A stretch of 64,000 nt of DNA from the human T2T-CHM13v2.0 reference genome, Homo sapiens. The stretch lies in the NCBI RefSeq assembly GCF_009914755.1, contig NC_060944.1; one strand, given 5' to 3'. The notes beneath the pieces were generated by a model. The model had not been told where the DNA came from, searched no databases, and was given only the letters and a program-made list of their open reading frames with translations. The position numbers were made by a program, and so were the translations under genes. Of the stretch, positions 27,236 through 39,786 are shown piece by piece; position 1 is the stretch's first letter; each line of letters starts with the position of its first letter.

Positions 27236-28566
27236 CAAATCTTCAGCAAACACTCAGAACCATGGTTCCTGTATGATGTATAGCTTTCAAAAACACTCCC
27301 CCACCCCTTGGAAATATAGGCAGGGAAGGGAAAATAAATGTTTTTTTGTGGGAGGCAGGAGCATTATTGAAAAAAACTCAACAGGCTTTTTAAAACTGGA
27401 AAAGTAGAACGCGCGCATGTTGAAAAATTCCAGGGCGGCTGGAGACAGGATGGGGTGGGGCAGGTATGTCGGCTCCGCATGGATCAGGCTTGGTCCAGCC
27501 CGTGTTATGACCTTCCAGCTGTCTGCTTCTCCTCTTTGGCCTCAGTTTCCTCATCTATAAAATGGGAACTATAGTATTGTACGCACCATGCAGCTGTTGT
27601 GGGGGTTAAATGATATGATCTGTCACATTCCTGTTACATGTATGTATTCAACAAACATCGACTGTCTTTTTCATTAGTGAAAACCAGGTCTCTCTGGCTG
27701 TGCACCCGTCTCTCGTCCCACGACAGCTGCTGATGGCTTTCTTGTGTACGCTCTCAGGAAATTTCTATGCATTCTTTTCTTCTTCGTTTGTTTGTAATAT
27801 GAAGGGAAACACGCTAGCCCCTGTTCTGTGCCTGGCTTTTCCCTCTTAAAACTGCATCTGTGGGATGTAGATATGAAGTTTGAAGGATACGTGGGAATGG
27901 ACCAGATGAAGGTGGGGTGGGGATGGTGACCACTGTCCCTGGCAGAGGAACAGCGGATGTGGTGGCCATGTGGTGGGAGGGGCACCGTGTGAGCATGGGC
28001 TGAACGGCTGGTGCGTGGGGATGGGGAGGTGGCTTGGGCCTGCCACGCGGGACAGGGAAGACCAGGTTGAGGGTTTTTGTCTGTATCCTATGGAGTGATG
28101 GAGACCTGCTGACACTTATGGAGCAGAGGGTGACCCACTGATCTGGGACTCGGAAAGGTCACCCCACTTCTGCTTTGGTGCCCATGGGCGTTGTGTAGAG
28201 AAGGTGTCCTGTTTTGGTTTCCCAAGAGAGGAAATGGACCTGCTGGCAGGAGAAGTGGGGGAGAGTGGTTGGGAGCTGCTGGTGTGTCGCCTCTCGATTT
28301 GGAGGGTGGGGACATAAGAGTGGGAAATGGCTGGGGCAGTGTCTCTAGAGGGTGGCTTTCTTCGATGTGAGCCTGGAAGTTGGTGAAAATTGCCCCTCTT
28401 TTGGTGCTCTCATGGGTGTTTGGATATTTTGATCCCCAGGTCATCTTTCAAGCCAAGTACAGCATGCACCAACCCCTCCGTGGCTGCATCCTACAGCCCC
28501 TGATCCACTGGTGGACTGCTCCACACCTGCTCCCTGTTGGGGTCTCTGTCCTCCTGGGTGATCTTC

Positions 28567-28755
28567 TAGAGCAGGAGTCTCAAGCTTTAGGGTATATGAG
28601 ACTCGCCGGGGGTCTTGTCTATGCAGCATGCTGGGTCCCTTCCCAGAGCTCCTGACTTGACGCATCTGCCATGAAGCCAGTATGAACATGCATTTTTAGC
28701 AAGATCTCAGGTGCCGCTGATGCTGCTGATCTGAGGACACCCTGCTCTGGAGACT
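28567..28755. mobile_element. MER5A-like hAT MITE
   Basis: gcaggagtctcaagcttt...tgctgggtccc...tgcatttttagcaag...tgatgctgctg. Confidence 0.5.
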
Positions 28756-28989
28756 AGAAACATCTCTGGCCTGGTCTCCCTCCCATGCTGCTCCTGTGTA
28801 GCCTGCAGGAGACACCTCCTGGCAGCCGGGTGTGCAGGCTGGTCCAGCGCAGCCACCTCAGTCCCTACCGGAGTGGTCTCTGGCAACTCGGGTACCATTC
28901 TCTGGGCCTACCCAAGGAACATATTACAGGGGCTGGAGCTGACCTGCTGGAGCCCCCTAACTCAGTCTGATGGAAAGAAGACTTAAAAA

Positions 28990-29342
28990 AAAACTTGTGA
29001 TGTTAATTTAAATTTTACAGAAAAATTGTGAAGCTAGTACAAAGACTTTATGTAAACCTGCACCCTGGTTCCCTTTCACTCTTATAGTAGATTTGTATCA
29101 CTAATGAACCACTCTTGAAACATTATTATTAACTCAAGTTCATACTTTATTCCAACATCCTTAGTATTTTTCTAATGCCCTTTTTCCATCCCAGGATGCC
29201 ATCCAGATCCCGCATGACATCTGGACATCATGTACCTTCAGGCTGTCTTGCTGTGACGCCTTTTCTGACTTTGCTTGTTCTTAGTGACCTTAGCAGTTTT
29301 GAGGAGCACCTGTAGGGTGTTCTGTAGAATGTCCTTCAATCC
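28990..29342 (-). mobile_element. L1MC-like 3' fragment, antisense
   Basis: aattttacagaaaaattg...acattattattaact...tcccaggatgccatccag...ttctgtagaatgtccttcaat. Confidence 0.65.
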
Positions 29343-30379
29343 AGAACTTCTTTTTAAATTCCTCTTCTGCTTGCGGGGCATCTTGAGTCATGGAAATAGA
29401 TTCTCATTTGTTTTCTTTGTAAATTCTGCCTAGAGCCAGGGTCTGCAGAGATCTCTCTGGAATCTGATAGCTAGAGGCCTCAGTTGACCCTGAGGCAGGC
29501 CCCATTCCTGTTAGAGAAGGTGCGTGGAACTGGTGTGGTTGGGAGGAGTGGTTGAGAATGGTCTCTGTGGGCACGGGGTTTGCCCGGCAGGCAGCTGCCC
29601 AGTACGGCTGCCTGTGTGGCTGATGTCATGTTCTCATCCCATCTGATGCACTCTCCGCAAGTCACTTTCAGAAACTGGAAGATCCCACTTAATTCTGCTC
29701 TGGAATATATTTAGAAATCTATTCATGGCCCTCTCCCAAAGCTGATGTTAAAATTAAGAGATATCATTTGTAGGATGTCATGGCTGTGCAGGAGGAACAT
29801 GCTGATGTCTCCCTGGCCGCCTTTGGTTTCTTCTCTTGCTTAGGGATTTGCCCAACTCCCATTGCCCATCTGAGCCCAGCTTTCCCCCTCTGAGCCCAGT
29901 TTTCCTCCTCTCACCCCAATGTCAGAGTGGGCACATCCTCCCTGCGGAGGCATGCAGGCTTTTCCTCTGCATGCACCGTCTCTGTCTTGCGTGACAGCCC
30001 GGGGCTGTTTCTCACCCTTGTTACGCTGGGGTTCTTGGCTGAGAGCTCCTGGGCAGGGGCTGACTTTGAGATGAGGCTTCTCTGTTCGTTTCTGGCTGGT
30101 TCTAGATCTGGGTGGCATTTGGAGGGTGCACCGCTTGTATCTGTGACCGAATACCTCAGGGTTTGTGGTGAGGGACGTGGAGATTTCTGTGCTGCAAGAG
30201 ATCTTAGTGCTTCTATTGTGCTGGGGAGAGGCCAGCCCATCTTGGGGTACCAGGGCTGGACCAAACTTTAGAGGGGGTCTGACCCAGGTGTTCAGAGCCA
30301 GAAATATTATTTGCAATCCTCTGCAGGGAATTTAAAAATGAAACCATTCTGAACTCTCCCTCCAGAATTCATGGTCGTC

Positions 30380-31000
30380 AGCCATTCAACAAATATTTAC
30401 TGGACACCTGTTTTAAGCCTGTCACCGTTTTTTGAGTATGCATATAGCTATATATGGCAGGTTGCAGTGACGACTCATGTCTCTGCCTTCATGGAATGAG
30501 TAGTCTCGTGGGATGAGGGGAAACAGACAGCATAGAAATAGATGTATGATGGGACTCTAGGTGGTTATAGATGCCTGGAGTGATGATAAAGTGAGGCTGG
30601 AGGAATGAGACTGGCAGGGAGGAGAGCCCAACTGTCTGTGATAGATGGTCAGAGAGGACCTCAGAGCAGGGCATCTGTGCAGAGACCAGGCAAAGTGAGG
30701 GAGCTGGTCATGTGACTACCCTCGAGAAGAGCACTAGGGCAGCAGGAACAGCAGGTGCAATGGCCCTGCAGCAGGCATGTGCTTGGGTGTGGTAGGAACA
30801 AGGAGACCAGTGAGGCTGAGTGAGTGATGGAAAGGGGCAAGTTTTTGATGCCCACAATGCCAAGAGGTGGCCAGGGGAGGATCCCAGGGAGGTGCCGAGG
30901 CCTGGGGGAAGACTTGGGCTTTATTTTCAGAGCTGCCCGTTGAAGATTTGAATGGCTGCAGAGTGAGATGAGATTGTGCTGGAGGATTCGAAGGTCATTT
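30380..31000 (-). mobile_element. L2 LINE fragment, antisense (resumes about 31620-31890)
   Basis: cattcaacaaatatttactg tail, then ggtcagagagg...caaggagaccagtgaggctgagt...gacttgggctttatt. Confidence 0.7.
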
Positions 31001-31329
31001 AGTCAGAGATGCTGGTGGTTTGGAGCAGGTTGTTCACAGCAGATGTTCTTTGTGCCTGCATCACAATTCCTTGGACCAGCTCTGCCTTGGTCTTCAGCTG
31101 TGGCTTCAATCAACCAGCATGTTGGGTGATGAGCGCTGTATTGGAGCAGGTGGCTACACTTTCAGGAATGCTGCAAGCTGGCTGCAGTGGGAAGTATTTA
31201 CACCATGGCAATTGGCAAATGTACATATCAGCTCCCTTATACCACCCAAACACTTTCCAGCACAGCACAGCCATGAGCCCAGTGCTGTGGATATTCTCCC
31301 AAGCATCAAAGTGCAGCCAGGACATGAGG

Positions 31330-31601
31330 GGAGCTAATGTCTGAAGGACAATCCTCAGCTGACGAAATGGGAGTAAACATCCCAGGCATGCATCCTTTAG
31401 GTGGGTGCTTCTTGGAGCTTTCAGAGAATGCAACCTTGCTGCCTACAGCTGTGACCCTGGAAATGCACGTGTGTGGGTTTGCCCTTCCTCCCTCCCTCAC
31501 TCTCATTGCTCCCTTGCTTCTGCTTCCTGAGATATCTCCCAAATAAGCTACCTTCACCTAAGCCCGCCTGCAGCTCTGCTTTTAGGAGAATCCAATTAAG
31601 A
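31330..31601 (+). mobile_element. LTR16-like ERVL LTR
   Basis: cttctgcttcctgagatatctcccaaataagctaccttcacctaag...ctctgcttttaggagaatccaattaaga resembles an LTR16 3' end. Confidence 0.55.
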
Positions 31602-31954
31602 TGGTGGTAGAGCTAGATGTGGTGTGAGAGGGATCAGATGGCTGGGATGAGACAGAAGAGTCCTGGATGACTCCAAGCGTTCCAGCCTGAGCAGCTGGAA
31701 GGATGGAGAGGTTCTGGCGGCAATGGGGAGGAACCATTGAGATGAGCAGGATGGGGGTTGGGCAAATCAATGCTCTGTTCAGCTGTGGACAGGTTCTGTT
31801 TGAGAGACCTATCAGATCCCCAGGTGGAAATTGTACCTGGAGTTAGGGAGAGGTGTGTGGTTGGATAGAGATATCTGGGACTGGACAACACTGATTAGGT
31901 CAGGTGCCCACCTGCATCTGTGATTCAGTTGTGCCCTCCTGCTTAGGAAGCGTC

Positions 31955-32229
31955 TGTGTATCTATGTATGTATCTATCATCCATCTATTTATCATTTATC
32001 TCTCTTTTTTATTTATCTCTCAATATATCTGTCATCTATAAATATATGTATATTCTAGCATCTAGTCATCAATCATTTATCTATTTTTATTTATGTATCA
32101 ATATATCTATAATCTATTTTTCAATATATCTATAATCTGTCATCCATCTGCTAATCGATCATCTACCATTATCTATCAATCTGTGTATCTCTCGTCTCTC
32201 TCTCTGTCCATCCATCCATCCATCTATCC
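31955..32229 (+). repeat. Degenerate (TCTA/TCCA)n simple repeat
   Basis: Runs of tatc/tcta/tcca. Confidence 0.8.
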
Positions 32230-33639
32230 AGGCAGTGCTTGCTTCCTTCTGCCCCCTCCTTAGCCCATCCCTGCCCAGGAAAATTCTCGTCCCTGCTCAA
32301 ATGCCTTCAGTGACAGGAAACTCACCAACCTCTTAAGGCTTCGGCATGGAAGTTTCCAACTCATGTGGCCACTCCAGAATGCTGTCCTCCAGGGACTGTG
32401 TTTCTCTCTCATGTCCTCCTCCCAAGATTTATTTACACTCCTCACTTGCCAGGAGAGAGTACTTGGGAGCTCCGAGCCATGCGTGTTCCCTGGCAGGGTC
32501 GCCTGTGTGCTGGGGAAGAATGGGCCCAGTCATGGGGTGGAGACGCCCCCCAGCTGCAGCCCTGGCTCCCGAGCAGAGGCGGCTTTGTGCTTCTCGGGGA
32601 CAAGGGTTGCCATTGAGGCAGGCCAGGGATGCTGTGCAAGCTAGCGATGGCTGCAGGCTGAAATCGGGCATTTCACAGAGAGCAAGCACTGCACTGTCCC
32701 CGCAGCCTGCACGTGAATGGAGGCTTTGGCCCTCGGAGTGCAGCCGTGCATGGGGCCACGTGCAGGCATTTCTGGCTCCTGGCTCCCAGGGAGAGAGGCG
32801 AGCCCTGTTCTCTCCCCGAGTTCTGTTTGACAAAATTCACAAAAACACAAAGAAACAAAAAGTACGGGAGAGGATCAGTTCATTCTCCTGACTCCTGGTT
32901 GGTCTCAAGACCTCCCCTGTTGCCTGTGCTCTGGAAGATTCCCCATAGTACCTACTAGGTGGGCCAGAGAAGGATGGATTTGTGGGACCCTGGAAGGCTG
33001 GGAAGAGGACTGAGAAGCCACAGCCCTGTGCTGGGAAGAGCCACGGAGGTTAGATCTTGTTTTTTGTTTGTTTTTAATACAATTGTTTACACTTTCTAAA
33101 CTTTTTTGAAATAATTTTAGACTCACGTGGGGGTTGCAGAGCTTCCCTCAATGACAGCATCCACCTTTCCATGGTTCACTGGTTGGCACCAGGAGGTGGA
33201 CATTGGTACAGTGAGGTTAACTAAACCAACTAAACCAGAGGCCTTAGCGAATTCCACCAGGTTTTGCAAGCACTTTTGCTGTTTTTTCAGTGAATAATTG
33301 AATGAAATTTTATCACACCTATAGCTTCACGACAACCAGGTGAGACTTGACTTTTAAATAATGAGGCACCAGGCCCCTTGGCTCCTGAAGTGGCATGGGC
33401 GACGTGTGTGGATGCTGACTGGATGCCCACCTGCTTCCTTTTCTCTACGTTGTGCCCCCACCATGCTCCAGTGGCAGGGGCAGCCTCCTCCTGGCCCCCA
33501 GGCCTCTGCTTCTCTGGTGCCTGTGGAGGCTCAAGCCTTTACCCCACCTCCCTTCTTCCCAGGAAGGCCCTGGCTGCCTGAGAAGGCCCAGCCTTCCCCT
33601 TCTCCCTCCCCTGTTCTGGCTGAGCTCATCTCCTGTGGC

Positions 33640-33830
33640 TGCCCTAGCATGTGCTGCAGACTGGGGGATTCCACAGCAGAAACCTACTCTCTCGCAGTGC
33701 TGGAGGCTGGAGGTCTGAGATCAAGGTGCCGGCAGGGCGGGTTCCTTCTGAGGGCTGTGAGGGCAGGACCCGTCCCAGGACTCTCTCTGTGGCTGTGAGT
33801 GGCCGCCTTCTCCCTGGTTCTCTTCACATG
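33640..33830 (-). mobile_element. MLT1 (A-C-like) LTR fragment
   Basis: cagaaacctactctctcgcagtgctggaggctggaggtctgagatcaaggtgccggcaggg...ccttctgagggctgtgaggg. Confidence 0.65.
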
Positions 33831-34410
33831 ATCATCCTGCCCTTCCAGGGTATGAGCTCCATGCCTGTCCCCAGAAGATCTGGAGGCTTCCATCTTCTGC
33901 TCCTTATCAGACAATGGAGCGGAATAAACACGGTTGCCTCTCTGGAATTGGAGCTTAGTGCTCATGAAATAAAATTCTCTTAATCTCACAATTGTCCTCA
34001 ATACAGTTGCAGTGGGTGGCACCGAATGAGTGTCGTGCTTGTCAAGACAGCCACTGTGGCCTTCCGTCTTCCCACTGACTGATGGCAAGTCACTAGAAGG
34101 AAGCACCCAACTCCCCGTGATGGCATTAAATGACACCCGTGGGTGTGGCTGTAGACCAGGGGTTCTAGGCAGCCAAGGGGGTTCCATGCAGCCAAAGGAA
34201 AGAAGAAACTTTCCTGCAGAATGCATGAATATAGGGCCAGGTCCTAAAGCCCAGCCCACGGGCAAGTGTGTCCTGGTGGTTGCCACTTTCCAGTCAACTG
34301 ATTAGTGTCAATCATGACACTGATTTCCTGGCAATGTGTGAGATGATTTTAGGTGGTAAATGAACTATTAATTTTATAAAGAACGTTCATATCAGGTATA
34401 TGTCTGTTTA

Positions 34411-34713
34411 ATTTTTCTTTTTTCTTTTTATTGAGATGGAGTCTCACTCTGTCCCCCAGGCTGGAGTGCAGTGGTATGGTCTTGGCTCACTGCAACCTCT
34501 GCCTCCCAGGTCAAGTGATTCTCCTGCCTCAGCCTCCCGAGTAGCTGGGATTACAGGTGCCCACCACCACACCTGGCTAATTTTTATATTTTTAGTAGAG
34601 ACAGGGTTTCACCCTGTTGGCTAGGCTGGTCTTAAACTCCTAACCTCAGGTGATCCGCCCGCCTAGGCCTCCCAAAGTGCTGGGATTACAGGCTTGAGCC
34701 ACCGTTCCCAGCC
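34411..34713 (-). mobile_element. AluS, antisense
   Basis: Full dimer; flanked by TSD-like TGTTTAATTTTTC on both sides. Confidence 0.95.
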
Positions 34714-34873
34714 TGTTTAATTTTTCATTAGAAAAATGTTGCATTTCCATTAAAGTAGACGTCAAGTTTTCATTTTAAACTTTCTTAAGAAAACATTATA
34801 TTCATTTTAGACCAAGTGGTTCTATTAGAGCAACATCCATAAGAGTGGTGACGTGTGAGTGAAGTTGGGGAGA

Positions 34874-34967
34874 CACTGGGTGGTGCAGTTACCCAGCACC
34901 ATCTAGAGGAAGTACCACTGGGGTGGGCGGTTACCTGGCACCATCTAGAGGAAGTGCCACTGGGTGG
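34874..34967 (+). repeat. 42-bp tandem duplication (2.2 copies)
   Basis: cactggg...gttacc..gcaccatctagaggaagt.c at 34874-34915 and 34916-34957. Confidence 0.9.
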
Positions 34968-35464
34968 GGGTCCCTTCACAGAGGCAGGGTCCAGTCCTGG
35001 CCACCCTCAAGGAGCTTGTACTGTCGAAGTGGGGAGGGGGACATGAGAAATGTTGACTCAGGGGCAGAGGGTTCTTAGGCTTATCAAGGAAGCTCTAGGA
35101 TTCTCGGTGTTCTAGGGGATTCGAGGAGGAAAGTTACACCTGATGGGTAGACAGGGGTGGTTGGAGGGATTTGGTAAAATGTTCATGAAGAAGGGGTGGG
35201 TCTGTGGGGTTTCTGGAGTTGAAGTGACCACCACCAGGGATGCTGGCATGTGGAGCTAGCTTCATGACTGTTAGCTGTCATTGTGGAATGGAAGTTAAAG
35301 TGTGCGTTGAGCAGGGCTGAAAGAGGCATAGACCTCCCATACTGGGAGAGAAGCCATGCTCAGGGAAGAATGCCCAGAGGCTAAAAGTCAGGGGCAGATG
35401 CCCATCTTAGGGGCCCTTGGTTGCCATAATTATCAAGGCAAGGTCCTTGGATAAAGTCTGGTCC

Positions 35465-35590
35465 GGTGCCTCTGAAACTTCTATGTGCATACACGTCACT
35501 GGGAGTCTGGTTAAAATGTGGATTCTGACGCTTGGGTAGGGCCTGAAACTCTGCATTTTTAATGAGCTCCTGGGGGATGCTGCTCCTCAG
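35465..35590. mobile_element. MER5A-like hAT MITE
   Basis: gttaaaatgtggattctga...gggcctgaaactctgcatttttaatgagctcc...gatgctgct. Confidence 0.65.
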
Positions 35591-37397
35591 ATGCCCCGCT
35601 CTTCTGTCCCCTAGCCCCCAGCAACAGCAAACACTTAGTGCCTGCCTTTCTGCAGGGACAGGGGAGGGAGGTTTGTTTGCAGTGACAGTTTTTGGGTAGC
35701 TATGGAGGGAGGAGAGAGGTAGGACTTTGTCTTGGTCCAGTTTACAGGGGCCTTGACAGAGGCAGGAGGGGTGGGCAGGAGTTGCCAACTTTTATATTTT
35801 GGTCAACTAGGGATGTTTAAAAACAACAATGAAGAAAAACCCGAACATCCTTGGTTTCACAACAGTATAATAATAACACTATTATCACCAGTATTTCCCA
35901 AAAGAAATGGAATTTCAAATCCAAAGAGTCAGGAAGGCCATATACTCCAACAGAAGACAGTCTTTTCAAGGACACAGAGCCAGCCCCCAAAACACCTCAC
36001 TGCATTGTCCTCATTTTTCAAAGGACTTGGGAAACATCACCCCAGGCTGGCATGGATGACTGGGCTGAGGCTTGGGGGCTGCGGCTGTATGAACGGGAAT
36101 GCCTGTGGTCCTCAGAGCTGAGGTCTGTGTTCCCAGAAGCCCCTGTAGAGTGGCATCTGGCCCCGGCCTGTGGTAGCCTCTGTCCTTTCCCAGGAGGGAG
36201 GTTGCCAGGGCCTGAGCAAACACTGACCTGGAGTGTCCCTGCTTCTGAACCTGCCTCCCTATCGTCCTCACCTTGTGGTGTACGGGACGTGTGGGGACTG
36301 TATCATCTGGGCTGTGGCTGGCGGCCTCTCGTCTAATGCTACCACATGCCCTTCATAGGCCATGATGAGCCATGGCAGTGCTGACTGTGTTCTACCACTG
36401 CTCCAGGTTCCTGAGATGCTCACATCCTGGGATGTGCTGGGGTTGAGCACCAAAGCTAGGGGAGGTCCTAGTAGCCCACTCCTGTTCCTCAGTCCCCTTG
36501 CGTCTGGCTGGGAAAAGGTGCACCTCCTCCGTCTCTGTCCACGTGGAATTGACCATCATCCTGCACAGTCTCTGCCCCTGGTAATTGGTTCTCAGATGGG
36601 CTCATGACTCAGGCTTCACGAATGAGAATCTGTTCTAGGACTTCAGTTGAAGCGCTTGGAAAGAGTTGTTTTCCCTCCACAAGAAGTCACAGAGCTGGTC
36701 GGCTGTGGGCTTGGAGTGCTGGTGGCCATTTTCCCCAACCCAGCTGGAGCCTGAGAATGGAACTAGCCCAAAGGAAAGCTGAGCAAAGACAATTTTGAAG
36801 GTTGATTTCCCGATGGCATTATTTGCATCCCTGGATCCAGCGTGTGTGAAGCTGGCGCACCCCCGGGCTTCTCAGTTAAACACTTCCTCCCTTTCAGGCT
36901 TCAGCAGCTTTGATTGGGCTTCTGCCATTTCTGATTATTGCAGGGACTTAGAGGAAGGAAATGGCTTTGCCCAGATCACAGGGCTCATGAAAGTGCCCAG
37001 GCTGGAATGCAAATGCCCACCTACTTCCCCTCACATCACTCTCCCTCACCTGCTTTAAGTGCATGCCCAGTCCCAGGGAGATCTTCCCATCACTCTTTGG
37101 GGATTCTGCCTCACTGAAAGCTCTTGAAGCTGCTTCAAAGTGGAGTATCATGGTGTTTCCCGGGAGGGTGGTTGCCGGGTGCTGAGAAAGACTGGCCTGC
37201 AGTGCTCTTGCTTTTGCACTTCCGTCCCCCACCTTGATCCTGGGGTGCACGGGGGCAGGAAGGAGAGGAGTGTGGGAGTTGATGGGGAGATGAGAGGAGA
37301 CATCTACCCATGGCCTCTGCTTCTGGGAGGACCTGTCACACTCCCAGTGACACAGCGTGTGCTAGAGATTAGGCTTTTCTCGTGAAAGTAGGGTTTT

Positions 37398-37883
37398 GAA
37401 ATATAAATCATTCTATAAAGACATACGCATACGTGTGTTTATTGCAGCACTATTAACAATAGCAAAGACATGGAAACAACCCAAATGCCCATCAATGATA
37501 GATTGGATAAAGAAAACGTGGTACATATACACCATGGAATACTATGCAGCCATAAAAAGGAATGAGATCATGTCCTTTGTGGGGACATGGATGAAGGTGG
37601 AAGCCATCATCCTCAGCAAACTAACACAGGAACAGAAAACCAAATACCACATGCTCTCACTTATAAGTGGGAGTTGAACATTGAGAACACATGGTCACAG
37701 AGAGGGGAACAACCCACACCAGGGCCTGTTGAGTGGTGGGGGTGAGGGGAGGGATCTTAGAGGACAGGTCAATAGGTGCAGCAAGCCACCATGGCACATG
37801 TATACCTATGTAACAAACCTGCACGTTCTGCATATGTATCCCGCTTTTCTTTTGTTTTTGTTTTTAGAAGAAATAAAAGAAAA
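37398..37883 (+). mobile_element. 5'-truncated L1PA (older, L1PA8-13-like): ORF2 C-terminus plus 3' UTR
   Basis: ORF 37396-37677 reads FIAALLTIAKTWKQPKCPSMIDWIKKTWYIYTMEYYAAIK...KYHMLSLISGS*, the L1 ORF2p C-terminus, followed by an L1 3' UTR and A-rich tail. Confidence 0.95.
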
Positions 37884-38459
37884 TAGAAGCTCACTTGCCT
37901 GGATACTTTAATATTGCCTGGGTTTTTGTGTTGTGGAGGGCTCTGTAAGTCATGGAAAAGGTATTCTCAGGAGCTGCTAATGACATATTTAATTTTAATA
38001 ATGAGTCACCCATGCCCACAATTTATTACCTCCTGTGGCTCTGGACTCTGGTTCTTTGAGTGGTATAATAGGGCGGAGGTTAATGGATAACACAATTAAT
38101 TATTTAGGAGGTTCTTACAAAGCCAAAGACTTTGTAACAGATTAACTAATAGGTTCCTAACTTCATTATCATTTTGATTTTTCCAAAGAATATTTTCTCC
38201 CAAACCACTCAACTGTATAACATTACTGGGAAATGTCTAATTTTTACACGATTCCTCTGCTCAGTTTAAATACTAATGTTCTGCTTACTCCGTCACTGTT
38301 CAGCGCCCAGCTTTCGGTCTTCACCTTATTGCCTGGGAGATAGATATAATGGATTCAGATGTTATGAGCCCTGGAAGGGTTTGTAACATAAGGCAGTATT
38401 TTAATGCTTTAGGGGCCGGAAATATTTAAGGCAATATTTTAATTCTCATGAGGGACGAA

Positions 38460-38670
38460 GTGTTGTGGTTGCAAGTGCAGCCTCTGAAATCAGGCGGAGC
38501 TGGGTGTGAATCCCAGCCTCTGCACTTAGGTTGGTTACATCACCTCTCCAACTCCGTTCCCTCCTTCATAAAATGGGCACACTAGTAGTATTAACCTGGT
38601 TGCATTGCAGTGAAGATTCAATGAGAAAATGCAGGTAAAACACTTAATGTGGTGTCCAGCACAGAGTAAC
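38460..38670 (+). mobile_element. MIR SINE
   Basis: ctgggtgtgaatcccagc...ataaaatggg...tgaagattcaatgaga...taaaacactta...gcacagagtaa. Confidence 0.65.
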
Positions 38671-38749
38671 AGGTTAGGAGTGTTGGCCGTGAACGGTGGT
38701 GATGGTCATCTAATCACAGCATGGAATGAGGAGGAGCAAGCCCTCACCC

Positions 38750-38892
38750 TGGCCTGCTGCTCCTTTGTTGATGAAATGCCTGTGGTTGTTTTCACACCGC
38801 AGCAACAGAATTGAGCATTTTCCCAGAAAAATTTCCCGGTCTAAACTGTTTACTCTCTGGCCCTTCATAGAAAAAGAATCGCTGCTCCCTGC
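38750..38892. mobile_element. MER58-like hAT MITE
   Basis: acagaattgagca...tttactctctggcccttcatagaaaaag...ccctgc. Confidence 0.55.
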
Positions 38893-38957
38893 CCTCAAGG
38901 CAGCCTCCTGTGCTTTTATCTTCTCGGGTCTCCTTTCAGAGGCCTCATTATAGGTGA

Positions 38958-39169
38958 GCGCCATCCAGCAGAACGTCCTGTGATGATGGAAATGGTCTAG
39001 GTCTGCGCCATGCCGCCCGGGATTGCGCCGCTGGCCGCAGATGGTTGCTGAACACTCGAAATGTGGCTCATGCAACCTCAGAATGGAATTTTTAAATTTT
39101 ACTTAGCTGTAATTGATTTAAATTTAAATAGCCACCTGTGGCTAATGGCAACCACATCGGGCAGTGCAG
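38958..39169. mobile_element. MER3-like hAT MITE
   Basis: agaacgtcctgtgatgatggaaatg...cactcgaaatgtggct...aatttaaatagccacctgtggcta. Confidence 0.7.
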
Positions 39170-39293
39170 TGACACCACACTGGCTCAGAGTAGAGAACCA
39201 GTCACCTCCATTCTAGCATCCTTTCTGAGAGTGCCGGGTGGAGGGTGCTGGCTTTGGCTGAAATAAAGGAAAGGGAGAAGGCTGCTCCTTGCA

Positions 39294-39326
39294 TTTTCTT
39301 TTTCTGTTCTTTTTTCTTTCTTTCTT

Positions 39327-39376
<50 letters not shown>

Positions 39377-39392
39377 TTTCTTTCTTTCTTTC

Positions 39393-39451
<59 letters not shown>

Positions 39452-39489
39452 TCCTTCTTTCCTTCCTTCCTTCCTTCTTTCTTTCTTTC

Positions 39490-39503
<14 letters not shown>
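39294..39503 (+). repeat. (TTTC)n/(TTCC)n compound microsatellite, ~210 bp
   Basis: Almost pure pyrimidine tract contiguous with the Alu poly-T tail. Confidence 0.97.

Positions 39504-39786
<283 letters not shown>

Noticed and set aside
33684-34286. 200-aa minus-strand ORF (also 183 aa at 3985, 190 aa at 12966, 181 aa at 32346)
   Set aside because: No recognisable homology, partly overlapping LTR or L2 remnants, and lengths expected by chance in GC-rich sequence.
37396-37677. 93-aa ORF with clear protein homology
   Set aside because: C-terminus of L1 ORF2p in a 5'-truncated, dead element; not a host gene.
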